Shown piece by piece: positions 54,601 through 64,000 of a DNA stretch of 64,000 bases. The stretch comes from Macrostomum lignano. Its lineage: Eukaryota. The DNA is taken from positions 124,001-188,000 of the forward strand of contig NIVC01001827.1 of the NCBI GenBank assembly GCA_002269645.1. The letters run 5' to 3'. The notes under the pieces were generated by a model that did not search any database, had not been told where the DNA came from, and saw nothing but the letters and a program-made list of their open reading frames with translations. The position numbers were made by a program, and so were the translations under genes. Position 1 is the stretch's first letter. Each line of letters begins with the position of its first letter.

Positions 54601-57600
54601 AGGTGAGAGGAGCGAGTGGCCCAGGTGCTGTGGGTGGTGAGAGGAGTGACTGGCCCAGGTGCTGTGGGAGGTGAGAGGAGCGAGTGGCCCAGGTGCTGTG
54701 GGTGGTGAGAGGAGCGAGTGGCCCAGGTGCTGTGGGAGGTGAGAGGAGTGACTGGCCCAGGTGCTGTGGGAGGTGAGAGGAGTGACTGGGCCAGGTGCTG
54801 TGGGAGGTGAGAGGAGCGAGTGGCCCAGGTGCTGTGGGTGGTGAGAGGAGCGAGTGGCCCAGGTGCTGTGGGAGGTGAGAGGAGCGAGTGGCCCAGGTGC
54901 TGTGGGTGGTGAGAGGAGTGACTGGCCCAGGTGCTGTGGGAGGTGAGAGGAGCGAGTGGCCCAGGTGCTGTGGGAGGTGAGAGGAGCGAGTGGCCCAGGT
55001 GCTTTGGGAGGTGAGAGGAGTGACTGGCCCAGGTGCTGTGGGAGGTGAGAGGAGTGACTGGCCCAGGTGCTGTGGGAGGTGAGAGGAGTGCAGGACTCAG
55101 CAGTGACTGGGCCAGGTGCTGTGGGTGGTGAGAGGAGTGCGGGACTCAGCAGTGACTGGCCCAGGTGCTGTGGGAGGTGAGAGGAGTGCGGGACTCAGCA
55201 GTGACTGGGCCAGGTGCTGTGGGAGGTGAGAGGAGTGCGGGACTCAGCAGTGACTGGCCCAGGTGCTGTGGGAGGTGAGAGGAGTGCGGGACTCAGCAGT
55301 GACTGGCCCAGGTGCTGTGGGAGGTGAGAGGAGTGCGGGACTCAGCAGTGACTGGGCCAGGTGCTGTGGGTGGTGAGAGGAGTGCGGGACTCAGCAGTGA
55401 CTGGCCCAGGTGCTGTGCACCTCACCTCCAGCACGCGGTCCCGCGTCACGTTCAGGCCATCGGGCAGCAGCAGCCGCACCAGCGTGTTGCCGGGGGAGTC
55501 CACGCCGCCCAGCAGCAGCGGAACCGGCGGCAAGGCGTCCACCGACCACGGGTCGGACTTCAGGAAGTCGGCGTCCAGGGCGGGTCCGAAGGCGACGAAG
55601 GGCGGCTGGAGGCGGGCGACGTCGCGCTGGAAGTCTGCGGCCGCGCTGACGATTTCCGAGGAGGTGAGGTTGCGCAGGCAGTCCAGCAGCTCAGCGGGGG
55701 CCGACTGGCTGCAGTTCAGGTAGCTGGCTGAGGAGTCGGAGGGGAGGATGAGCTGACACCTGTGCAGTCTGGCAGATAATACTTGCGCGGACTGTGCTGA
55801 GCACAAGCACAGTACTCAAAGTACTCCTAAACTGCAAGCAAACGGGCATCTGCAGGTGTCTCACCTGTAAAATTTTCGTGCATTGCCCGCACTTCGTCTG
55901 GCATTGGCGACACCGCGAAGGGGGAGTTCGGCGAGCCCGACAGAAGGACGGCGCGCTGGAACTGCCGCGGCTCCGCCAGCAGGTGGAAGCCGACGGAGGC
56001 AGCGCCGGCCTCCGCGCCCACCAGGCTGATTTTGCTGGGGCTGCCGCCAAAAAAGCGCACGTTGTAGCGCACCCACTGGAGGGCCAGCGCCTGGTCTCGG
56101 AGGCCAAGGTTTGCGGGCACCGAGGCGTTTTGCAGCCACAGGAAGCCCAGAGCACCTGGGAATCAGCAAGCATTGCGACTGAAGCTGGAAGATCCCCTTT
56201 GCTACTGCAGCCCGGAGCACCTCAGATCCCATCACCTGCCATTGCTGCCGCAGCTCACCAAAGGCCTGAGAACCCTCTCCTCACTTACCATCTCCTCAGT
56301 CTCTCTTCACACTCTCCTCACCCTCTCCTCACCCTCTCCTCATCCACTCCTCATCCTCTCCTCACCCTCTCTTCACCCTCTCCTCACCCACTCCTCAACC
56401 TCTCCTCACCCTCTCCTCACCCTCTCCTCACCCTCTCCTCACCCTCTCCTCACCCTCTCCTCACCTTCTCCTCACCCTCTCCTCACCCACTCACCCAGTC
56501 TGTAGGCGACAGTCACCACCACCGCATCCACCTGGTCCAGCACGTGGCTGCCCCGCCAGCGCTCATCGAAGGCGTCGCCAGTCTGAAAGAAGCCGCCGTG
56601 AAGGAACACCAAGACGGGGAGGTTTTTGACTTCCCGGTCCGAGTGCGCGGGTGTCCACAAGTTCAGGTAGAGGCAGTCCTCGGAGGTCGCGAGTGGCCCC
56701 GGCTGCGGACATGCGGGCTTCGGGCTTATCGCTAGGAAGTCCTCGCCTGCAGGGTAAAAGGAAGTCGGTCGTGGATCAACGCTTAGTTGCTAGGGCAGGA
56801 CTCAATGTGGGACTCAATGTGGGACTCAATGTGGGACTCAATGCGGGACTCAATACGGGACTCAATCCGGGACTCAATACGGGACTCAATGTGGGACTCA
56901 ATGCGGGACTCAATGCAGGACTCGAGGCTGGTAGCGGCAGCTCACCGAACGGATCCGCCGGCTCCGGAACAGCAAAGCGCTTCCCTCCGATGGGAGGCTT
57001 GGCGTAGGGCAGGCCGAGAAACTGCGTCATCACTTTGCCAGCGGGGGTGCGGATCGTCTGGCCGAACGTCAGACCCAGCCCGAGAATATTCACGGTGTAG
57101 TTCCGCAGCACCGTGTTCGAGAACGGCTGCGCACCTCCTGGCGAGATTCGCGGTGGCGGAGGCGGCAGCGGCGGCTGCGGAGGAGGCGGCGAGGCGGACA
57201 GGTTGCTGGCCAGCGACATCTCGGCCGACCAGAGTGGACAGCGGCCGGGCTCGAAGGCGAAGCCGCCGCTTGTCGAATTGACGCCGGTTTTGGCGCCGAA
57301 GCGCAGGAAATCAAAGGCGCCGGCGCTGCTGGAGGGCCAGCCGGGACTGGGAGCTTAAAGAAGAAATGAAAGCGGCTCTTGTAGCAGCAACTCTGAGCAG
57401 GCATTTGAAGCAGCAACTCTGAGCAGGCATTTGAAGCAGCAACTCTGAGCAGGCATTTGAAGCAGCAACTCTGAGCAGGCATTTGAAGCAGCAACTCTGA
57501 GCAGGCATTTGAAGCAGCAACTCTGAGCACTGAGCAGGAATTTGAAGCAGCAACTCTGAGCAGGCATTTGAAGCAGCAACTCTCAGCAGGCATTTCAATC

Positions 57601-59528
57601 ACACAGCTGCCTTAAGAACTCACCTCCACTAGCAGTAAAATCGACCAGGTGCTGCATCATGATTCTGGACAGGCTCCTGTGCTCAGCTGAGTAGTTCGCT
57701 CGCACCAGCGGCTCTCCCAGCAGCACCTTCGCATCATTCGCCACCGACAGTGCAGCTGCGGGATCGCCGTCCTCATCGTGCAGGTAGACGAACACCCGGC
57801 CTGAGCCAATCAGGTCGTTGGCGGCCTCCCAAACCGGACAGACGGCGCCAAAGTCGGACAGCGCGCGGGCCAAAATGTGGCGGACGCGGCCGCCGTAGGC
57901 GAAGTGCGGCCAGTCGGACAGAGTCAGTCGGAGGTAGCGGCGCCCGCTGACCGAGGCGTTTCGGCCGGCCGAGTGGAGGCGGGGAAACTGGCCGAACTCG
58001 CGGTCCAGGATCTGCAAAGTGGCCAGGTGGGTCAGGTGGGTGACAGCTGCAAAGTGGCCAGGTGGGTCAGGTGAGTGACAGCTGCAAAGTGGCCAGGTGG
58101 GTCAGGTGAGTGACAGCTGCAAAGTGGCCAGGTGGGTCAGGTGAGTGACAGCTGCAAAGTGGCCAGGTGGGTCAGGTGAGCGACAGCTGCAGTGGCCAGG
58201 TGGGTCAGGTGAGCGACAGCTGCAGTGGCCAGGTGGGTCAGGCGAGTGGCAGCTGCAGTGGCCAGGTGGATCAGGTGAGTGGCAGCTGCAAAGGGGCCAG
58301 GTGGGTCAGGTGAGTGACAGCTGCAGTGGCCAGGTTGGTCAGGTGAGTGGCAGCTGCAGTGGCCAGGTTGGTCAGGTGAGTGGCAGCTGCAGTGGCCAGG
58401 TGGGTCAGGCAGCTGCATGGCTGGAACGGCACTGCATGAAGGGATCAGGGAGCTCAGCTCAGCCCCAGCTCAGAGCAGCGCGCCACTCACGGTCTCAAAT
58501 GCCGTCTGGTCGAGCGCGCCCCAGTCGGCGCCCTGCACGCGAAGCGCCAGCTCCGCCAGCGCCGGGCCGACGCCAGTTCCGACGCCGACCATCAGGGAGC
58601 CGTTGAAGGCGCCAGAGCGCCAGAGCGCGTCCGGCAGCAAGGAGACGTTGAAGGACGGCGCGAACCGACCAGCGCCGTCGCCGTAGTCCCGCCGGAGCAG
58701 CGACTCAGCATCCAGCAGGTCCTTCAGCGGCTTGCTCCGCAGGCAGTCGAGCGGCAGGCGGCCTTCATCTCCGATGCCGCAGCTCAGGCTGGCGGCCAGC
58801 TGGCGGTCCAGGGCGGCGGCCACTTCGGCGGAGGCCGACCAGCCCAGCGGCGCGGCGATGGAGCCGCTCATCATGACGACGCGCGAGAATCCGCCGCTTC
58901 CAACCGCGTGCAGGCCGACAGCGGCAGCGGCGGCGCCGTGGCCGGCCAGCGTCACTCGCGCCGGGTCGCCGCCGAATCGGTGCAGCTGGTCGCGCAGGAA
59001 CTCCAGCGCCAGGCGCTGATCCTCAAGGCCGTTGTTCTGCCCTGCCGGCACGTTGCCAAGGACGCCGAATCGACTGCCGATGGTTGCCATGACGACATTT
59101 GTGCCGATAGCGTCGCCGACTTCGTGACCGAGGCTGTCATTGAAGTCGGAGGAGCCGTCGAGCAGCAGCGCCAGGACGGGCAGCGGATCAGCGGGGGCAA
59201 GGTCGGGAGTTCGAATGCTGAGGCGGAGCAAGTTCTCCTCGGGGTCAGCGGCCTCCTCGCCGGTCAGCCGGCAGTCGGAGCGGCTGAAGTTGAACGGCTG
59301 CGGCTTGGCGAGCCGCCTGTCGCCGATTGGCGGCTCGGCGTACGGCACCCGCAGGAAGCGGAGCAGGCGGCTGCCGAGACCGTCGGGCATCGTCAGATTG
59401 AACTCGGAGCCGACGATCGAGCAGCTTCCGATGGTCACATTGGCCTCTCCGACCGGCTGCGGCTGCCCTCTGGCCGCCGTCAACGTCAGGGCGACGACGG
59501 CGAGTGCGGCAATGGCGGCTCGGTACAT
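51613..59528 (-). CDS. Inverted paralog (copy B, about 1331 aa) of the tandem pseudo-cholinesterase membrane protein
   Basis: Exons 59528-58491, 58011-57624, 57353-56946, 56746-56495, 56155-55865, 55727-55426, 53290-52996, 52634-51613. Exons 2-7 are identical in length to copy A. Signal peptide MYRAAIAALAVV; longer Thr-rich stalk; TM WVIALLVVGSILGAVLLVGAGFLLY; different 26-aa tail. Confidence 0.85.
53291..55415. repeat. Expanded 34/49-bp junction-spanning minisatellite in intron 6 of copy B
   Basis: Reverse complement of the 9245-10065 array; intron is 2135 bp versus 807 bp in copy A. Confidence 0.95.
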
Positions 59529-60407
59529 CGATTGCGGCGTGGCCAAATAGCAACACCAACTCTGAGTCTCGATCGCTTGGAGCTGGCGGCAGCGACTTCA
59601 GCTGCGGGCTCTGAGAGTCTCGATCGCTTGGAGCTGGCGGCAGCGACTTCAGCTGCGGGCTCTGAGAGTCTCGATCGCTTGGAGAGCTGGCGGCAACGCC
59701 CAAACCGAAAAGGGCGAAGATTTGCCGAATTCTTGGCCTTTGAGCATTTTTAGCTTGGATTTTTATTACTGCGACTGGCGGGCGGCCTCTCGCACAGTAA
59801 AAATTGATAAGATTGGATCCGTGTGCCTTGGTCTCTTTCCAGACTTAGATAAAACTCCGTTGAGCTCAGTGGTATGCACAAGTATTTACAGGCAGCACGG
59901 ACTTTTTCACTACTTCTGGACGAAGGCAACTGAAATGTACTGCGCTCTCATATAGAGCGATCTGTTTGTATTGGAGATGGTTGCTACGGATTATTATTAC
60001 ACATTTATCAACTGCCAGCATGTTTTCACAAGTCCAGTAGCTCCGCTGTGGACTGCTCACGTGACGAGCTTTTTGAAAGTAGATTTGTTTCAAGGACACC
60101 GAATAATAAAAATACCGGTAATATATCTTGCTTAAGCGCGCAAGCAGGAAAACACTGGCTTAGAAAATTAAATTGAAAACATGCTAAATTTGTTCAAAAA
60201 TTTGTCTTAACTGCCAGATGGCATGTCAAATACAAACAATTGCAATGCGATTTTACTGCACTCATACTGAACCTGTCTACTGAAGATGCCAACCAACAGC
60301 AGTCATGCTTGTAGATCAAATTATTACAATCAAATTTGTCTGGCTTATTAAATATGCGAAATACCTTAGTAGCTCACTGCTATTAGTGAGCTACACTGCT
60401 TATGCCA

Positions 60408-60710
60408 GTCAGCGGATGCCACTAATCCCACTGCCAGTAAGCGGATGCCACTAATCCCATTGCCAGTAAGCGGATGCCACTAATCCCACTGCCAGTCAGC
60501 GGATGCCACTAATCCCACTGCCAGTAAGCGGATGCCACTAATCCCACTGCCAGTAAGCGGATGCCACTAATCCCACTGCCAGTCAGCGGATGCCACTAAT
60601 CCCACTGCCAGTCAGCGGATGCCACTAATCCCAATGCCAGTCAGCGGATGCCACCAATCCCATAGCCAGTCAGTGGATGCCACTAATCCCAATGCCAGTA
60701 AGCGGATGCT
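60408..60710. repeat. 29-bp minisatellite
   Basis: Unit GCCAGT(C/A)AGCGGATGCCACTAATCCCACT. Confidence 0.9.
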
Positions 60711-61124
60711 ATGTTTATATTTTCGAATGAGAAAGAATCAAAGCAGTGAAAGAGGCCAGGCAATGTTTCATCTTAATTTTCACATTTATAAATCAATGTA
60801 AACAACACGGCATTATAATATATTTACGCCAAGTATATAAAAATTTACTTAAAGTTAACGCTTAATATAATGATCGAGCATCTAGAGTAGTCTGCGTGGA
60901 TGACAAGATCGTTTAAAACAAAACACACATTAACGCATGCGAGTGCATCCACTAAAATTAAAATATAAGGATAGAAACTATAAAAACACACGTCCTGTTT
61001 GACATTCAAGATTCTTCGGCAATATTGATCGTAACAAATAACAATATAATGCGGCAACTGTGCTCAAAAGCATATACCGAACTTTAGGAACTATAAGGCG
61101 CTTTTGCGACAAAACCCGTTAGAT

Positions 61125-61357
61125 CAGGGGTCGGCTCGCAAAGCCTCTCTATCCGGCCTTCGGGTCCTTTAAACTTTACAACAGCAATCCGGCTCGCTCA
61201 ATTTCTATATCCCTTCTCAGTAATCTCTTCCTCTCCTCTTTCCTATCCTCTTCTATTATTTTCTCGCCTCTCCTTTCTCCTATCTTCCTCTCGTCTCAAT
61301 TTCCTCTCCTCTCACCCCTCATCCGGGCCCTTGAGGTAAAAAGATCGCCGACCCCTG
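61125..61357. mobile_element. hAT (Charlie-like) MITE, 233 bp
   Basis: TIR CAGGGGTCGGC / GCCGACCCCTG; imperfect 8-bp TSD CGTTAGAT / ATTTAGAT. Confidence 0.7.
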
Positions 61358-61714
61358 ATTTAGATAAAAAGAGTTTTACTCTTAACCGACTGCCAGACAA
61401 CATTCATGCGTACTACTGGCGTCACTATTATTATTAAGTACTATTGTGCGAACATTTTATTAGCCGCGCGCAGTGAAGGTTTCGTTGAATCAGAAGACGC
61501 AATCGTTGGAACTGACACGGACGCAAAGATAAATAAACTGATATTTTTTATTACCTATGCCTTTCTTGCATGGTGCAGGAGACGGGAGCTCGACAAATTA
61601 TAAGGATGAGCAAGCCATTATTAAAATACTGTACTCCTATGTACATTTAACACAGAAAATATGTATTTGCTTCGATTTCACAAAAGCAAATCCGGTTCTG
61701 GGAGGTAGTGGCCC

Positions 61715-62995
61715 AGAACTGAGGATCTGGGAGTGTAGCTGCCCAGCTGAGGATCTGGGAGGCTGGCTGCTCAGCTGAGGATCTGGGAGGCTGGCTGCTC
61801 AGCTGAGGATCTGGGAGGCTGGCTGCTCAGCTGAGGATCTGGGAGGCTTAGCCTGAGGATCTGGGAGGCTGGCTGCTCAGCTGAGGATCTGGGAGGCTGG
61901 CTGCTCAGCTGAGGATCTGGGAGGCTGGCTGCTCAGCTGAGGATCTGGGAGGCTGGCTGCTCAGCTGAGGATCTGGGAGGCTTAGCCTGAGGATCTGGGA
62001 GGCTCAGCCTGAGGATCTGGGAGGCTCAGCCTGAGGATCTGGGAGTGTAGCTGGGAGTGTAGCTCAGCCTGAGGATCTGGGAGGCTTAGCCTGAAGATCT
62101 GGGAGACTGGCTGCTAAGCCTGAGGATCTGGGAGGCTGGCTGCTCAGCCTGAGGATCTAGGAGGCTGGCTGCTCAGCCTGAGGATCTGGGAGGCTGGCTG
62201 CTCAGCCTGAGGATCTGGGAGGCTGGCTGCTAAGCCTGAGGATCTGGGAGGCTGGCTGCTCAGCTGAGGATCTGGGAGGCTGGCTGCTCAGCCTGAGGAT
62301 CTGGGAGGCTGGCTGCTCAGCCTGAGGATCTGGGAGGCTGGCTGCTCAGCCTGAGGATCTGGGAGGCTGGCTGCTCAGCCTGAGGATCTGGGAGGCTCAG
62401 CCCGAGGATCTGGGAGTGTAGCTGCCCAGCTGAGGATCTGGGAGGCTGGCTGCTCAGCTGAGAATCTGGGAGGCTTAGCCTGAGGAACTGGGGGCTCAGC
62501 CCGAGAATCTGGGGGCTCAGCCCGAGAATCTGGGGGCTCAGCCCGAGGATCTGGGAGTGTAGCTGCCCAGCTGAGGATCTGGGAGGCTGAATACTCAGCT
62601 GAGGATCTGGGAGGCTGAATACTCAGCTGAGGATCTGGGAGGCTCAGCCTGAGGATCGGGGAGTGTAGCTGGGAGTGTAGCTCAGCCTGAGGATCTGGGA
62701 GTGTAGCTGCCCAGCTGAGGATCGGAGGCTGGCTGCTCAGCTGAGGATCTGGGAGGCTGGCTGCTAAGCTGAGGATCTGGGAGGCTTAGCCTGAGGATCT
62801 GGGAGGCTCAGCCTGAGGATCTGGGAGTGTAGCTGGGAGTGTAGCTCAGCCTGAGGATCTGGGAGTGTAGCTGGGAGTGTAGCTCAGCCTGAGGATCTGG
62901 GAGGCTGGCTGCTCAGCCTGAGGATCTGGGAGGCTGGCTGCTCAGCTTGAGGATCTGGGAGGCTGGCTGCTCAGCCTAAGGATCTGGGAGGGCAG
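61715..62995. repeat. About 28-bp compound minisatellite downstream of SPRYD7
   Basis: Units CTGAGGATCTGGGAGGCTGGCTGCTCAG(C) and variants. Confidence 0.95.
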
Positions 62996-63042
62996 CAGTG
63001 GCTCAGCAACGATTCAAGGCAGGAGCCAGGAGATTCGGGCAG

Positions 63043-63444
63043 CTACAGCAGTTGCTTCTCCTTGATCAGCTCGCGAAAGCCCGCAGGCGGTCCGAAAGCG
63101 AATGCCGCAAAGGCGCAGTCCAGAATTGCGCCATCGTCGACGTAGAATGTGGGGAACACTGTGCCCCTGATCCCCGTGACCGGCGTGTGCATCGGCTTGC
63201 CGTTCAAGAACACCTCCAGGGTCACGTGATCGTATGTGAGGCCAATGACGTCGCCCTCCTGTACCGGGTCGGGCAGCTTAGCAACCGGCTGGTTGCCATG
63301 GTAAATAGCTGCATCGTCGCGCAGGGCCCACGACTCGGCGTCGGAGCCGAGATTGTTAGGCGACTCAAGGTCGCAGCGAACAGTGCCGAGGCCGATGCCC
63401 CAGCTGCCGCAGGACTGCAGCTTCACCTCCCAATAGGCCTTGTC
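63043..63444 (-). CDS. SPRYD7: SPRY domain-containing protein 7, 3'-terminal coding exon (upstream exon(s) probably outside the window)
   Basis: Acceptor ...ccccacag|GAC at 63445/63444. DKAYWEVKLQSCGSWGIG...QEGDVIGLTYDHVTLEVFLNGK...GIRGTVFPTFYVDDGAILDC...PPAGFRELIKEKQLL* matches SPRYD7/CLLD6 as I recall it. Confidence 0.88.
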   Translation of the reverse strand, partial: DKAYWEVKLQSCGSWGIGLGTVRCDLESPNNLGSDAESWALRDDAAIYHGNQPVAKLPDPVQEGDVIGLTYDHVTLEVFLNGKPMHTPVTGIRGTVFPTFYVDDGAILDCAFAAFAFGPPAGFRELIKEKQLL

Positions 63445-63804
63445 CTGTGGGGTTGGATTTCGTGCTGGGGTATTCACACTAAGACAAACTGTGAAGTAGC
63501 AGTCTGCCGGGATCGCGGTCTGCTCTGGAATTTCACTCAAGATTTCGACCAATTTTCCGCCAAGATTACCTATTCGATTTTTTACATTTTGAGTGTTGTT
63601 TTCTGCTGCAAGGAATGGACAAGCGATATCAACCGTGGCGGGCACTACGGTGTCGTACGACTAGTAAGTACTCAGACTCCGTGTAACTCCTTACCATCAG
63701 CGAGGTCATTGCGTATCAGTATCAGCTACGCAATCAGTCTTAGCTATCATACTTTTATCTGTACCGAGCAATAGAAAATCCACTGCGCGTCCCAACGCCT
63801 AAAG

Positions 63805-64000
63805 TCCTAACGACTCTGGATTCCAGGCAAGTCATTGTGCGTTTCCTAACCACTCTGGATTCCAGGCAAGTCATTGTGCGTTTCCTAACCACTCTGGATT
63901 CCAGCAATTCATTGTGCGTTTCCTAACCACTCTGGATTCCAGGCAAGTCCTTGTGCGTTTCCTAACCACTCTGGATTCCAGGCAAGTCATTGTGCGTTTC
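63805..64000. repeat. 39-bp minisatellite running off the window end
   Basis: Unit CCTAACCACTCTGGATTCCAGGCAAGTCATTGTGCGTTT. Confidence 0.9.

Noticed and set aside
63445-63645. N-terminal 67 aa of the 200-aa ORF 63043-63645 as part of SPRYD7
   Set aside because: No resemblance to the SPRYD7 N-terminus; a good acceptor (ccccacag) sits exactly where similarity starts, so this is probably intron read-through.

Overview
Eukaryotic (metazoan) genomic DNA with GC-rich spliced exons and introns packed with minisatellites. The style resembles a flatworm such as Macrostomum; this is inference, not shown by the sequence. Host genes: a 3'-terminal exon of an unidentified gene (658-943, +); two inverted copies of an 8-exon gene encoding a type I membrane protein with two tandem, catalytically dead cholinesterase-like domains (4460-11949 +; 51613-59528 -); Axin (27717-32673 +); LRP2BP-like Sel1-repeat gene (38143-47227 +); signal-peptide Cu/Zn SOD (49509-50084 +); and the last exon of SPRYD7 (63043-63444 -). 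Mobile DNA: a young full-length Ty3/Gypsy element (12471-17473, 4-bp TSD, tRNA-Leu PBS, GGGAAAC -1 frameshift site); a full-length LOA-like LINE with RNase H (40922-46814 -, 12-bp TSD) in the last LRP2BP intron; a CORE-type tRNA SINE; two hAT-like MITEs; and a 2.9-kb long-TIR element. The best finding is a hand-folded HDV-like self-cleaving ribozyme (46571-46814 -) whose predicted cleavage site (G1) is exactly the TSD-defined 5' end of the LINE. All coordinates and alignments were read by eye; no database searches were run.
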